Assembly: GCA_965261735.1 (NCBI GenBank)
Contig: OZ253470.1
Location: forward strand, 512,001-576,000
DNA from: Alphaproteobacteria bacterium
GTDB lineage: Bacteria > Pseudomonadota > Alphaproteobacteria > SHVV01
Direction of reading: 5' to 3'
Length of the DNA stretch: 64,000 nucleotides
The notes below the pieces were generated by a model. The model did not search any database. It had not been told where the DNA came from and saw only the letters and a program-made list of their open reading frames with translations. Every line of letters begins with the position of its first letter. Within the stretch, counting starts at the first letter, position 1. The position numbers and the translations under genes were made by a program. Below are positions 39,333 through 49,630 of this stretch, one piece after another.

Positions 39333-40445
39333 ATCATACCGGAACTGGATTCAATGCAATTCGCGACGTGACATGTCACGTCCATCGCATGATTTCGCCG
39401 AGTCTCCCGATTCGCGCGTAACGCCATTCGGGCGCCCGGAACGCGCCATCTCTACGAGTAAATTCAACTGTCGAGTTACCACTCGGAGTCGACCGCGATC
39501 TCGCGAGGGGTCTTGCCCGCGAGCACACCTTCGCGGGCCACGGTCCACAGGTCGCGCGCGGGTGAGATCCGCCGGCAGATCGAGCCCGAACGGAAGCACC
39601 AGCGCGAGCCCGTCCGCGTTCTGGTAGAAGCGCTCGCCTTCGGCGAGCCTCAGCCCCGCGAGCCGTCCGCCCGCGTCGCGCACCAACGGCACTGACTAAA
39701 ACGGGGAGGCCAGGCCGTCCCCCTCCTGCGGACTTCCTCCCAGACGAGCAACCCCAGCGCGCCGCGGTCGGCGATCGACTGTACACGCACCGTGCCCAGC
39801 GCGGTCTCGTGCGCCGGGCCCGCCCGCTGTGCGTGGTCGGTTGCATAGCCGGGGTGCGCCTGAGAAAGCGCCACTCCCGCACTGAGCCGGTCATCGCCTA
39901 TCCTGCGACTCAATAGCACAGGAGCACCGCCTGGTCCCACTGCCCAGCTCCCCGCTTCGGTCTCGCTGCCAACCCTGTCAGCGTGCAACGCTACTAGACC
40001 GGGGCCCGCCCCTCATCCGACCAACTCCGGCTTTACACCAAAGCGGGCAGCGTAGAACCTGTCCGGCTGCCGCATCCGATTCCAAGATCCCTCCCCAACG
40101 ACTATCCACCCCGCACATCTGCTTCGCGTCTCGACTTCTCACCGTAAGACTGGGAGAGCCAACGCATCCAGGACATGCCACATTTTGTCGGAACAATTCA
40201 TGATATCAATGGGTTATCCGCCCATGCGTTACCAACTCACCGCCATCCCGTCCGTCTTGATCTCAGTCCAGCACCCTTCGCGGTTGCCAATCCAGCAAGG
40301 AAGTGAAACCATCTCATGCTGCGCGACATGAGTGACTTCACACCATTGGGAGGGGAATTCTAATGAAGGCTTCGTGGCTGCCCCTCCTGGCAATTCGGCC
40401 CTCTTCGTTCGTCTCCAGTCCCAGTGTTCGATCGGATACCGAGGC

Positions 40446-42470
40446 ATGATTCGCCTCCCCGTCCTAACCGAAATCAAGGTCGAGCACTACGGCCTTTTTC
40501 CAGGTAACCCAAGAGGTTCCGGAATCACTTGGCAATTTCACTCTGGCCTTAGCGTCATCGCAGGAATAAATGGCCTTGGAAAAACCACACTGCTCACCAT
40601 GATTCTGCGCTCGTTTACGGGGCCTTACGACCTTACAGGTGACGGCAACCCTCAAAACCTCACCGTTGTCTTACCAAGACACCCAGTCTCTCTTAGGCAA
40701 GACTATATACGTTTCTTCGAACGACGCGTGGCTGACGGTGCAGAAAGCGCGAGCGTTTCACTTTCCGCCACATTCGAAGACACAACAATCACAATCCTGC
40801 GCCGTTTGAATGACCTATTTCTCGAGAACTTTTCCATTAATGACACGCCAATCCCACTTCCCCACGCATCCGCAAAACGCGAAGACATATTCCAATCGGA
40901 GATTACTGAGCTTATGGGGTTTAGCAGTTTTGTCGATGTACTACTCGTCCTACATCACGTAATTCTATTTCATGAAAATCGTCCTGGCGCACTATGGGAT
41001 CCAAACGCTCAACGCCAATTACTGAGAGCTTTGTGTCTTGATGGTGAAGACGCCTCACGCATGGTTGAGCTTGAGCGCAAACTTTTAAGTGCAGACAGCA
41101 GAGCCAGAAACATTCGCGCCAATATAACTTCCACTGAGCGAAAATGGCGAAAGGCTTTGCGACTCGAGGCAGGCTCCGAGGGTGTGCTTGCCGAACTAGA
41201 GGCAGAGCAAGCGGTTGTCGACGCAGAATTGTTAGAAGCCGACCGACTCCGCGAAAATCTGGAACAACTTGACGAGAGTCGAAAGGCAGCGAGGCTTGCC
41301 CACGAACGGGCCAAGGTCGAGCGCGAACAGGCATCCGGCGCCATTGAGCGTTTGAAATATACGGCTCTCCTCTCTCGCTTCCCCACCATGGAGGACACAA
41401 CTCGTTTGATATTGTCAAGAATCCTGACAGATGGTCACTGTATAGCCTGTAATGCAGCTGCCAACACCAAGCGACTGGAACTTGAACGCCAGATTGAAAG
41501 CGGTTGCTGCCCAATTTGTGGCGCTGATCCTCAAGACCAGGACAACGTCATTGGGCCCCACGAACTTGACCAAGCCCGCCTTGACCGAGAACGGCAGCGC
41601 GTCACACAGGCGCGAGAAGAAGAAGAAACGCAATACCGTCACATGACGAATTTCTCGGCAAGCTATGACAAGACCTTACAAGAACTCATTTCCATCCGTG
41701 AAAGAACTGAAGAGAGAAAGAGAAAAAATCAGAGACTTCGTTCACAACTACCCGATTCCGTCACTAGTAAAGACTACGAGAACGCGTTGAAAACCCTGCG
41801 TAGCGAGCATCGTGAATCGCTGGAAATACGAGCGACGCACCTACAGGATCTTCGTGAAATCCTAACGGACAGCGCCGACGTCATTACATCCAAATCTATC
41901 GAGTTAACCCAAGTCTTTGCGACACTTATCGACTCCCTATTGGTTGAAAAGGTTCGGCTAGTACCCATTAGTGCTGAGCCCCGGTACATGCAGGCGCCGG
42001 GTGTTGCCCGCGATCGATTGCAGGTTCCGGCGTACGCGGCGGAAATGACCGCAGCAGATCGACCCGGTTTCATCCGACGAGAGAGGCCAAATGCAGTTTC
42101 AGAGTCCCAAAGAGAGCTAATAGATCTGGCCTTCCGTCTGGCTCTGATTCAGGTATTTGGTAGCTCATGTACATTTGTAATGGAGACACCCGAAGCTAGT
42201 CTCGATGGATTGGCAATGGAGCGCGTCGGCCTGGCGTTACATGAATTCGCTAACAAGAACGCCAACCGACTAATTGTGACGAGCAATCTCGCCAATACGG
42301 GAATAATCAACTCGCTTTTTGGCGGCCCCGCAAGCAACGATGAAATGACGGAGCGCCGGGAACGCATACTGAACCTATTGGAGGTTGCGGAGCCCAATCA
42401 GGCGCTTCTAGACGACAGAGAAAGATACGATCTTTTGCTTGAGCAAGCGATCTCTGGAGTTCTAGAATGA
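40446..42470 (+). CDS. Rad50/SMC-like ABC ATPase with coiled coil and Zn hook
   Basis: GAGG RBS; Walker A GINGLGKTT; CIAC and CPIC in the coiled coil; signature VSESQR; Walker B/D-loop FVMETPEASLD; IVTSN. Confidence 0.88.
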   Translation: MIRLPVLTEIKVEHYGLFPGNPRGSGITWQFHSGLSVIAGINGLGKTTLLTMILRSFTGPYDLTGDGNPQNLTVVLPRHPVSLRQDYIRFFERRVADGAESASVSLSATFEDTTITILRRLNDLFLENFSINDTPIPLPHASAKREDIFQSEITELMGFSSFVDVLLVLHHVILFHENRPGALWDPNAQRQLLRALCLDGEDASRMVELERKLLSADSRARNIRANITSTERKWRKALRLEAGSEGVLAELEAEQAVVDAELLEADRLRENLEQLDESRKAARLAHERAKVEREQASGAIERLKYTALLSRFPTMEDTTRLILSRILTDGHCIACNAAANTKRLELERQIESGCCPICGADPQDQDNVIGPHELDQARLDRERQRVTQAREEEETQYRHMTNFSASYDKTLQELISIRERTEERKRKNQRLRSQLPDSVTSKDYENALKTLRSEHRESLEIRATHLQDLREILTDSADVITSKSIELTQVFATLIDSLLVEKVRLVPISAEPRYMQAPGVARDRLQVPAYAAEMTAADRPGFIRRERPNAVSESQRELIDLAFRLALIQVFGSSCTFVMETPEASLDGLAMERVGLALHEFANKNANRLIVTSNLANTGIINSLFGGPASNDEMTERRERILNLLEVAEPNQALLDDRERYDLLLEQAISGVLE

Positions 42471-42740
42471 GTGCTCCTTCACGCCCGCCGGAACAGCTCA
42501 ACCGACTTGTTGCTAGAATACGACGACAATGTCGTGTGCTTTCCCTGCTCGACGCCGCGGAGCGCATTGGAATCGCCCCTTTGTCTTCACCCAGGCTTCA
42601 CGCCTTCGCATACCTAGCCGATGTCCTTAGCCCCGTATGGGGGCTAATACCCTTTGACGGCAAGATCTACAAGTCGACCGGGGGACCACATTATCCGGAT
42701 CTGCAACATGAGCTGGATAGACTTGTCGTACTGGGTCTAG

Positions 42741-44387
42741 GAGCGTGCGCCGCAGAAAGGTCCGCGCGGCAAAGTTGATAGCGGACGGGTTGTGGGTGGA
42801 TTTGCGCAGGGGGAAGTATGATCCGATACGCCAGTTGCGTGTGGGAACTCCCGATGCCGACCACGTTTCGTGCCTACCAGCCGGACCAACCCTTGCTTTT
42901 GCCGCCGGACTTGCAGGAGTGGGTTTCCCCAGGGCACCTGGCTCATCACGTCAGCGATGTGGTCGATGCACTGGACTTGACGGCGTTCTATGCGCCCTAC
43001 GAGGGGGACGGTCGACGCAACGCCCCCTACGAGCCGTCGATGATGGTCAAGGTGCTGATCTATGCCTACGCGACGGGCACATTCTCCTCGCGCGCGGTGG
43101 CGAGGAAGCTGGAGGAGGATGTAGCGTTTAGGATGCTCGCGGCGGGCAACTTCCCGCAACATCGCACGGTATGTGAGTTCCGACGCCGACATCTGGCGGA
43201 GTTCAGCGAGCTGTTTGTGGGGGTGGTGCAGGTGGCGCGCGAGATGGGACTGGCGCGGTTCGGCAAGCTCTCGGTCGACGGGACGAAGGTGCGAGCGAAC
43301 GCGAGCAAGCGCAAGGCGATGAGCTATGAGCGGATGGGCAAAGAGGCGGCTCGCTTGCAGGCGGAGATCGAGGCGCTGCTGACGACGGCGGGGATGGTGG
43401 ACGCCGAAGAAGACGAGCGTTGGGGCGAGGATTTCCGGGGCGACGAGTTGCCCGAGGAGTTGCAACGCAGGGAGAAGCGCCTGGCGGCGATCCAGGCAGC
43501 CAAAGCGCGTTTGGAGGCGGCGCAACGCGGGCGCGACGATGAGCGCGGGCGCGAGCCGGGGCAGGACCGCAATCCCCGGGGCGGGCGGCCTTACAAGCGG
43601 GCCTACGGCGAGCCCGAGCCGAAGGCGCAGAGCAATTTCACCGATCCCGAGAGCCAGATCATGAAGACCAGCAGCGAGGGGTTCCAGCAGTGCTACAACG
43701 CGCAGATGGCGGTCGATGGGGAGCACCAGATCATCGTCGCGACTCAGGTGGGGCCACAGGCCAGCGACCAGGGTCAGCTGGTGGGGATGCTCGACGAGAT
43801 CAACGAGACGTTTGGGGTCGAGCCTGCGGTGGTACTGGCCGATGCGGGCTACTGCAACGAGCCGGATCTGTTGGAGCTGGAAGATCGCGGCATCGACGCG
43901 CACGTAGCGCTGGGGCGTGAAGGCAAGTCCCAGGTGGCGGTCGACCCGGCCCGGCTCCCTGCCACGCACCGCATGGGTGAGAAACTGGCGAGCCCCGCGG
44001 GCAAAGCCCGGTACGCGCAACGCAAGTGGCTCTCGGAGGCGCCGAACGGGTGGATCAAGGAGGTGCTCGGATTCCGACGATTCAGCCTGCGAGGCTTGGC
44101 GAAGGTGCGCGGCGAGTGGGACCTCGTGTGCTTGGCGTTGAACATCAAGCGGATGGGGACGGTGGCCACGTGCTGAGGCAGGTGCTGGCCTGCCAACGCA
44201 CTTGATCCGGGGCGCGCAGTGCCCATCGACCGCGTATGAAACGCGAATCTCTTCCCTTCCGGCCTTCCGGTCTGGGATTTCCATCCCAGAGTCGGGCGGG
44301 CCAGATATCCACACTCGGGCCAAAATCCCACCTCTCCGGCGGCCGCGCGCCAATCGCCCAACATCAAAACTTCTACGGCGCACGCTC
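42741..44387 (+). mobile_element. IS1182-family element
   Basis: IRs GAGCGTGCGCCGCAGAA / TTCTACGGCGCACGCTC; CTAG duplication (42737-40, 44388-91). Confidence 0.92.
42854..44176 (+). CDS. IS1182 transposase
   Basis: LLPP.L.EW, SSR, VDGTK..ANAS, TDPES..M, YNAQ, LADAGY, GFRRF.LRG. Confidence 0.93.
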   Translation: MPTTFRAYQPDQPLLLPPDLQEWVSPGHLAHHVSDVVDALDLTAFYAPYEGDGRRNAPYEPSMMVKVLIYAYATGTFSSRAVARKLEEDVAFRMLAAGNFPQHRTVCEFRRRHLAEFSELFVGVVQVAREMGLARFGKLSVDGTKVRANASKRKAMSYERMGKEAARLQAEIEALLTTAGMVDAEEDERWGEDFRGDELPEELQRREKRLAAIQAAKARLEAAQRGRDDERGREPGQDRNPRGGRPYKRAYGEPEPKAQSNFTDPESQIMKTSSEGFQQCYNAQMAVDGEHQIIVATQVGPQASDQGQLVGMLDEINETFGVEPAVVLADAGYCNEPDLLELEDRGIDAHVALGREGKSQVAVDPARLPATHRMGEKLASPAGKARYAQRKWLSEAPNGWIKEVLGFRRFSLRGLAKVRGEWDLVCLALNIKRMGTVATC

Positions 44388-44817
44388 CTAGTTCAAGTAA
44401 ATGCGCTTAGCTATGAGCCGTCGGGCGACGGGGGGGCGCGTATTTCGGGATTCTACGGTCTTAACTTCTCCTCAGACCATTTGGATTCAATATTGGAGGC
44501 CCTAGGAGCACGCGATCCTCATGCGGCATTCAATCCTGATGATACGCATATTCACGAATTCTTGGCAGAGCTAGCAGGTGCGTTAGCTACATTGCCGGAC
44601 GACGAAATTGAGACTGCTGCTGGTGCCGACGTCACTTACCGAAAGGAGACAGCACTGAACAATGTGGTGGACTTCGCCGAGTGGGTGGACGATCAGAAGC
44701 AAGCGAACGCAAGTTGGCGCGCCGCTGAACGTTTCAGGGCGTTCCTGCCCAAGGCGGCTTCAATGCTCCCGGGAGAAAAGCTCTATTTGTACGCGGCCTA
44801 CCTTGCACGGGTGATCG

Positions 44818-45909
44818 ATGCAAACTGAAATTCCCGCCTCCGTCCCGGAAGTTGAAGACCATGAACTTGCCGCAGTCGCTAGTCTGTTCCCAGAATTGCC
44901 GAATCTACGGGCAGAACTAGCAGATCGCTTCGCACAAGCAGTACGTGGTCTTGTTGAAACGAGAGCGCAAAATGGTTGGCCCAGCGAAGGTGATTCAACC
45001 GAAGCTGTGTTTTTGATGGTCGATCACCCACGTCAAATAGGTGAAATATTCGGCGCCACTCCATTCACGGACCTTAGAGCAAAGCACGAACCAATATTTG
45101 GGCGGTTATTCTTTACAAACCGGGATGCCTCCGCCGGACGTCAAATGCCCATGCCAACTAGTTCAAACGAAATTCTAGAGTGGTTGGATGACCGCGACTT
45201 GGGAAAGATCCCAATAGTTACGGTTTACCGAAACACAATGCAGATGCTTACTCGGAGAAAAGGAACAAACGATTCAGCTAGAAGCGACCGCATTCGCGAT
45301 GAGGAACCATCCGCTACGGTAGAGGAGCTGCAACAAGCACTTGAGCATTTCCATGTCACTTGCTTGCTCACACCCACGTGTTGTCCTGACGGTGTTTGGA
45401 AACCCGAGCACGCGCATCAATACATCCCTGGGCCAAGACCAGAAAAGAGTATTCAGAGCGACCTAACCGTGGCGTTAAATTTCTGGTTTCGTGGGATTGT
45501 TAAGGCAGAGTACGAAGACACAACAAACATTGGACGTATCGATATTCGATTGTTGAAAAAGACGAACGGGGAAAGCCTACTCGGCTACTGGGCTATTTTG
45601 GAACTGAAGGTCATTCGCTCTTACGCTAGCACGCATACTTCGAGTAAGCCATCGGTCGTTGCACCGAAATCCAATGTCGACGCAATTATAAAGGGTGTAC
45701 GGCAAGCGCGAGCGTACCAAACGAATCGAGAAACAGATATAGGGTTGCTTGAGATTTATGACTTAAGAAGGGAAAAGGCGCTTCAGGTCCTTGAACACTT
45801 AGATGTGCTATCCGTCATTCATGAAGCGACGCCAAAACCAGAAATTCATCTATGGGAAGTGTTTGGTAGTTCTGAGGACGCCCGAAACGCTGGTTACTCA
45901 GGCATTTAG
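44818..45909 (+). CDS. Putative PD-(D/E)XK nuclease effector
   Basis: C-terminal half: EKSIQ..L, E....GRIDI, ILELK, Q...Y (QARAY); N-terminal half not recognised. Confidence 0.65.
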   Translation: MQTEIPASVPEVEDHELAAVASLFPELPNLRAELADRFAQAVRGLVETRAQNGWPSEGDSTEAVFLMVDHPRQIGEIFGATPFTDLRAKHEPIFGRLFFTNRDASAGRQMPMPTSSNEILEWLDDRDLGKIPIVTVYRNTMQMLTRRKGTNDSARSDRIRDEEPSATVEELQQALEHFHVTCLLTPTCCPDGVWKPEHAHQYIPGPRPEKSIQSDLTVALNFWFRGIVKAEYEDTTNIGRIDIRLLKKTNGESLLGYWAILELKVIRSYASTHTSSKPSVVAPKSNVDAIIKGVRQARAYQTNRETDIGLLEIYDLRREKALQVLEHLDVLSVIHEATPKPEIHLWEVFGSSEDARNAGYSGI

Positions 45910-47219
45910 CGTCTCTCAAGTACCACAAGTGTCTCTTCTAGGTCATTTCGGCCACCTTGTTGTGGTGAAGACCGCATGGAGCGACAGGGTTCAAGTACTA
46001 TAACATCATAGCCTATGGACCGGCAGATCTCCGTCAATATTGTAGCCACTGGAACCTCTATTCCCGCATACCTACTATCTCCAACAATCATATATATACG
46101 TCCTCGAGTGCGAAGTTGAATAGCCAGTTTAGATAACACTGCTACTAGGTCTTCGAAGTACGCTCCAATCATTTCGGGTATGTGGCGATTCCACAAGTCC
46201 TCTCTCACTTCGCAGAGACATTTAATAGTGGAACTAAGCGTCCGGCTGCTCAAATCATCAGTAGCAAACTTACGAAAGACTTGAACGTGACTACGAAGTG
46301 TAGAATGACGCAGTTGGGCATTATCTTCAGTGTTGCTAAGGTAACCTAGTGCCCAGAGTTCTACGTTGTAAACATCAGTATAGTCAAATGAGTTTGGGTA
46401 AGGTGGCGAAAACACCGCAAGGTCGCAAGGACCAATCATATATGAAAGGAGTCTCGCGTCTCCTCGCAGAACTCTATATTCGAGACATTGACGTGATGCA
46501 AATCGACGGAGGTCATGTAGGGCGCAAAGTACTCGACTCCGAAACAACTCATCTACTAGTTCTGGTGGCGTCTCTCGCTTCGTCCATCCTCGTTTGTATC
46601 TGCGTCCCTTTCCACTGATGTTAACATTGCTTACCGGAACGACTACGGACGCCAGCAAGACCCGAAATAATCTGCGGCAAGCAATATCCTGAATGGCTTC
46701 TATTGCTGTCCGATAAATGATTATGCGACGCGCGATATCACTTGAGAAAATATATCGCCCATTAAGCCCTGGCTCAACAAACGTGACTGGCGCCCCAACG
46801 AAAACAGGTCTTACTGGTCCATCTTCTCTCGCCACACGTTCGATTACACGTGCGAACTCAAAAATAGCTGTATCGAAGTCAACGAGAGAAATCTTTGACT
46901 CTATGAGATCTGCAAGGAATGGGTTAACTTCTATAGTCGTGGGAGGAATGCCCAAGAACTGACATGCAAGTGCTGTCGTTCCGGATCCTCCGAACGGATC
47001 GGCAATATGTTCTACTTTGCCAGGCGTTTCGAAGAGAGCTCGCTCCACAAGCTCCGGTGCAAATGCCTCCTTGAACGGCCTCCAAGTCTGAAATGGTAGT
47101 GGCTCCATTCCGGCAGTGGAGCCGAACGCAGGTATAGTTCTACCGCCGGTCCAGTCACTGAACTGAACGTACAAGGCTTCCGTCTCAAGACTCGCTGGTA
47201 TTTTCTGTTTGTGTGCCAT
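45906..47219 (-). CDS. Amino-DNA methyltransferase (probably m4C, alpha-type motif order)
   Basis: FKEAF.P, motif I DPFGGSGTT before motif IV FSPPY.N..DY, VGDS; converges on and overlaps the nuclease stop. Confidence 0.88.
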   Translation of the reverse strand: MAHKQKIPASLETEALYVQFSDWTGGRTIPAFGSTAGMEPLPFQTWRPFKEAFAPELVERALFETPGKVEHIADPFGGSGTTALACQFLGIPPTTIEVNPFLADLIESKISLVDFDTAIFEFARVIERVAREDGPVRPVFVGAPVTFVEPGLNGRYIFSSDIARRIIIYRTAIEAIQDIACRRLFRVLLASVVVPVSNVNISGKGRRYKRGWTKRETPPELVDELFRSRVLCALHDLRRFASRQCLEYRVLRGDARLLSYMIGPCDLAVFSPPYPNSFDYTDVYNVELWALGYLSNTEDNAQLRHSTLRSHVQVFRKFATDDLSSRTLSSTIKCLCEVREDLWNRHIPEMIGAYFEDLVAVLSKLAIQLRTRGRIYMIVGDSRYAGIEVPVATILTEICRSIGYDVIVLEPCRSMRSSPQQGGRNDLEETLVVLERR

Positions 47220-47239
47220 TTGAGTTGAACAGTTTCGTT

Positions 47240-47644
47240 CTATGTGGTTATTGCGTGTAAGTCTAAGTCAAGACTGCTCGGCCTTCCATCAACTAAGCGC
47301 ACGACGATTCGGTTTCCCTCGGGAAGGAAACGGCGCATCATCTTGATATAAAACGTCTTGTCCCACGGGTGGATCTTCATTTTACAATTGCAACGGAGTG
47401 CGAGCACGCCGACGTTGCTCTCCTCGGCTGTGATGTATTTCAGTGCCCCCGGATCGTCGAACTGGGTCTTGCCCGTGTCGCTCGTCAAAGGGTGGACGAT
47501 CTTGATGCTGCCAATGTCGTCGATCCCGAACCAGCCCTCGGTACAGGTCAGGTTGGAGGACTGGAACGATCCCGCTTCAAAACATCCAGTGGGATCGATG
47601 GTGGCGCGTCCCATCCGATGCGGCAGATACGTCGAATTAGGCAT
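47240..47644 (-). pseudogene. Degraded N-terminal fragment resembling DUF3604 proteins
   Basis: G.A.I.P.G.FEAG, G.FGIDD.GSIK, QFDDP pattern; truncated. Confidence 0.5.
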
Positions 47645-47893
47645 ATCCGGTTTCCCCGACGAGCAAGTCTCCGGTCTCCCGGAAATCGTTTCACAGTCAT
47701 GCACTACCTTAGCACCCGCGGGACCCCCGGCGAGCCGCGGCGGTGCGCGTCTGCGTTTTCGCCACGGCGCATGGCCCACATCCCCTGAACCTGCCGCTCT
47801 CCCTCGAGAGGCCTAGCCCCGCGGCGTTCGGTCGAGGCGCGCGTCCCCGAGCGAGGCCGGCGCGCCGCTCTTGCACCACACGCCATCCGGAGG

Positions 47894-48190
47894 ATGAACA
47901 TCTCAGAACCGCACCGCCGCGCCTTTGAGGCTCTCACGAGTCGCGAACACCACAATTTCGCGCTCCTCCATTTCGTGGACAAATGTCCCGCAGCGGCGAC
48001 CATCGCCGTCAATGGCTACCCGCCGGAGGACGGAGACAGCGAGAATGAATATAGGGTGACTCCGCTGTGCGTTTCAGTCACCGATGGCATTGTGCTGACC
48101 GCCCATGATGGGTGGGAGGCATCAGCGGCGGTTCGCTGCTCCGCGGCACCTGCATTCAAGCCCAGCACCGTCCCCTCCGATACACCCTGA
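47894..48190 (+). CDS. Hypothetical protein, first gene of the mobile-element tract
   Basis: GGAGG immediately upstream; same orientation as the downstream tract. Confidence 0.5.
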   Translation: MNISEPHRRAFEALTSREHHNFALLHFVDKCPAAATIAVNGYPPEDGDSENEYRVTPLCVSVTDGIVLTAHDGWEASAAVRCSAAPAFKPSTVPSDTP

Positions 48191-48441
48191 ACCCGTCGTC
48201 ACCGGCGCGGCGACATACCTTCGCGTTGCCCGCCGGTACCTACCCCGCCCGACTTGCCGGTGCCGGCGACGTTCCCGTCACCACCGCGGAAAACGCCCCA
48301 CCGCGGTCTTGCCGCCACCGCCATGCCGCTCGGACCGGTTGCCCCGCCACCGCCGAGAGGGGAGCGCCGCTCCGGTCCCGACGAAGTTCGGGCGCCCGGA
48401 GGGTGTCCGCACCGCCTCCCCGCCATTCCGGAGTCCTGTCC

Positions 48442-49467
48442 ATGACCCAACCCGCAACCATTTCCGCGGACTACACGCTCCGCCCGAGCGACCTCGCCAC
48501 GACCCTCACGCTCCTCGTCGAGGCCCGCCAGCCGGCCATGGTCTGGGGGCCGCCCGGCTCGGCTAAATCGATGATCGCCCAGCAGGTCGCGGCAGACGGT
48601 GGCCGTGAGTATGTCGACGTCCGGGCGCTCCTGCTCGACCCCGTGGACCTGCGCGGCATCCCCTGGCGCGACGCCGCCGACCGCACCCGCTGGGCGCCGC
48701 CGGTGTTCCTGCCGCCGACCGACGACGCCGGCCTCTGGCTCATCAACCTCGAAGAGCTGCCTTCCTGTGTACCGATGGTACAGGCGGCGCTTTACCAGCT
48801 CGCCCTCGAACGCAAGGTCGGCGAGTACGAGCTCCCCGAGGGCGCGTCGCTCATCGCCTGCGGCAACCGCGAGGGCGATCGTGGCGTGGTCCACCGCATG
48901 CCGACCCCGCTCGCCTCGCGCTTCGTCCACCTCGAGATCCGGGTCGACGCCGAGGACTGGCTGGCCTGGGGCGCGGCCAACGGAATCGCCGCAGAGGTGC
49001 TGTTCTTCATCCAGCTCGAGCCGACGCTCCTGCACCAATTCGACCCGCAGTCGAAGGAGAAGGCTTTTCCGTGCCCCCGGACTTGGCATTTCACCAGCAA
49101 CATCGTGCACCGCCGCAACGGCCTCGACCCGGCGGTCGAGCGCGCGCTGTTCCGGGGCACCATCGGCGAGGCCGCGGCGGTCGAGTTCGCCGCCTTCCTC
49201 AAGGTCTGGCGTGAGCTGCCCCATCCCCGCGCCGTCATCAACGACCCCGAGAACGCCGACATCCCGGAGAACGCGAGTGCGCTGATGGCGCTCTGCGGGT
49301 CGCTCTACCGCCTCGCCAAGGACGTCAACTTCGACGCCATCGTGACCTATTCGACGCGGCTCCGGCGCGAGGTCGGCGAGTTCCTCGTCGGCTCGTGCGT
49401 GCGCCGCGAGCCGGCGTTGCAGCGCTCGCCGGCCTTCATCCGCTGGGCCGCCGCCAGGACCCAGTGA
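48442..49467 (+). CDS. MoxR/CobS-like AAA+ ATPase
   Basis: GGAG RBS; WGPPGSAKS, DLRGIP, INLEEL, ACGNR, PLASRF.H, PCPR.W. Confidence 0.85.
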   Translation: MTQPATISADYTLRPSDLATTLTLLVEARQPAMVWGPPGSAKSMIAQQVAADGGREYVDVRALLLDPVDLRGIPWRDAADRTRWAPPVFLPPTDDAGLWLINLEELPSCVPMVQAALYQLALERKVGEYELPEGASLIACGNREGDRGVVHRMPTPLASRFVHLEIRVDAEDWLAWGAANGIAAEVLFFIQLEPTLLHQFDPQSKEKAFPCPRTWHFTSNIVHRRNGLDPAVERALFRGTIGEAAAVEFAAFLKVWRELPHPRAVINDPENADIPENASALMALCGSLYRLAKDVNFDAIVTYSTRLRREVGEFLVGSCVRREPALQRSPAFIRWAAARTQ

Positions 49468-49613
49468 AGGAAGCACCCAAGACCTTGCGCATCACCCATT
49501 GCCCCGCCGGAGTCGCGCCGTCGCGCGAATACGCGGTGCGGGCACCCAGCCTCGACGCCGCCCGGCGAAAGCTCGCCGACACCCTGAACGTTCCCCGGTG
49601 GACCGTCCGTTAG
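49464..49613 (+). CDS. Small hypothetical protein (49 aa)
   Basis: GTGA overlap with the ATPase stop; fills the gap to the next RBS. Confidence 0.35.
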   Translation: MKEAPKTLRITHCPAGVAPSREYAVRAPSLDAARRKLADTLNVPRWTVR

Positions 49614-49630
49614 CCCGACAGGAGAGACCC

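Larger units (their letters stand above)
42467..44828 (+). pseudogene. Middle-component-like (probable wHTH) protein, 236 aa when rejoined, split by IS1182
   Basis: 42467-42740 joined to 44392-44828 is in frame (...GPHYPDLQHELDRLVVLGL-VQVNALSY...); overlaps both neighbouring genes. Confidence 0.75.

Noticed and set aside
39080-39345. Possible IS110 non-coding end or bridge-RNA-like remnant
   Set aside because: The stretch is the uninterrupted upstream continuation of the HNH-like reading frame; no IS110 recombinase or sub-terminal repeats are present
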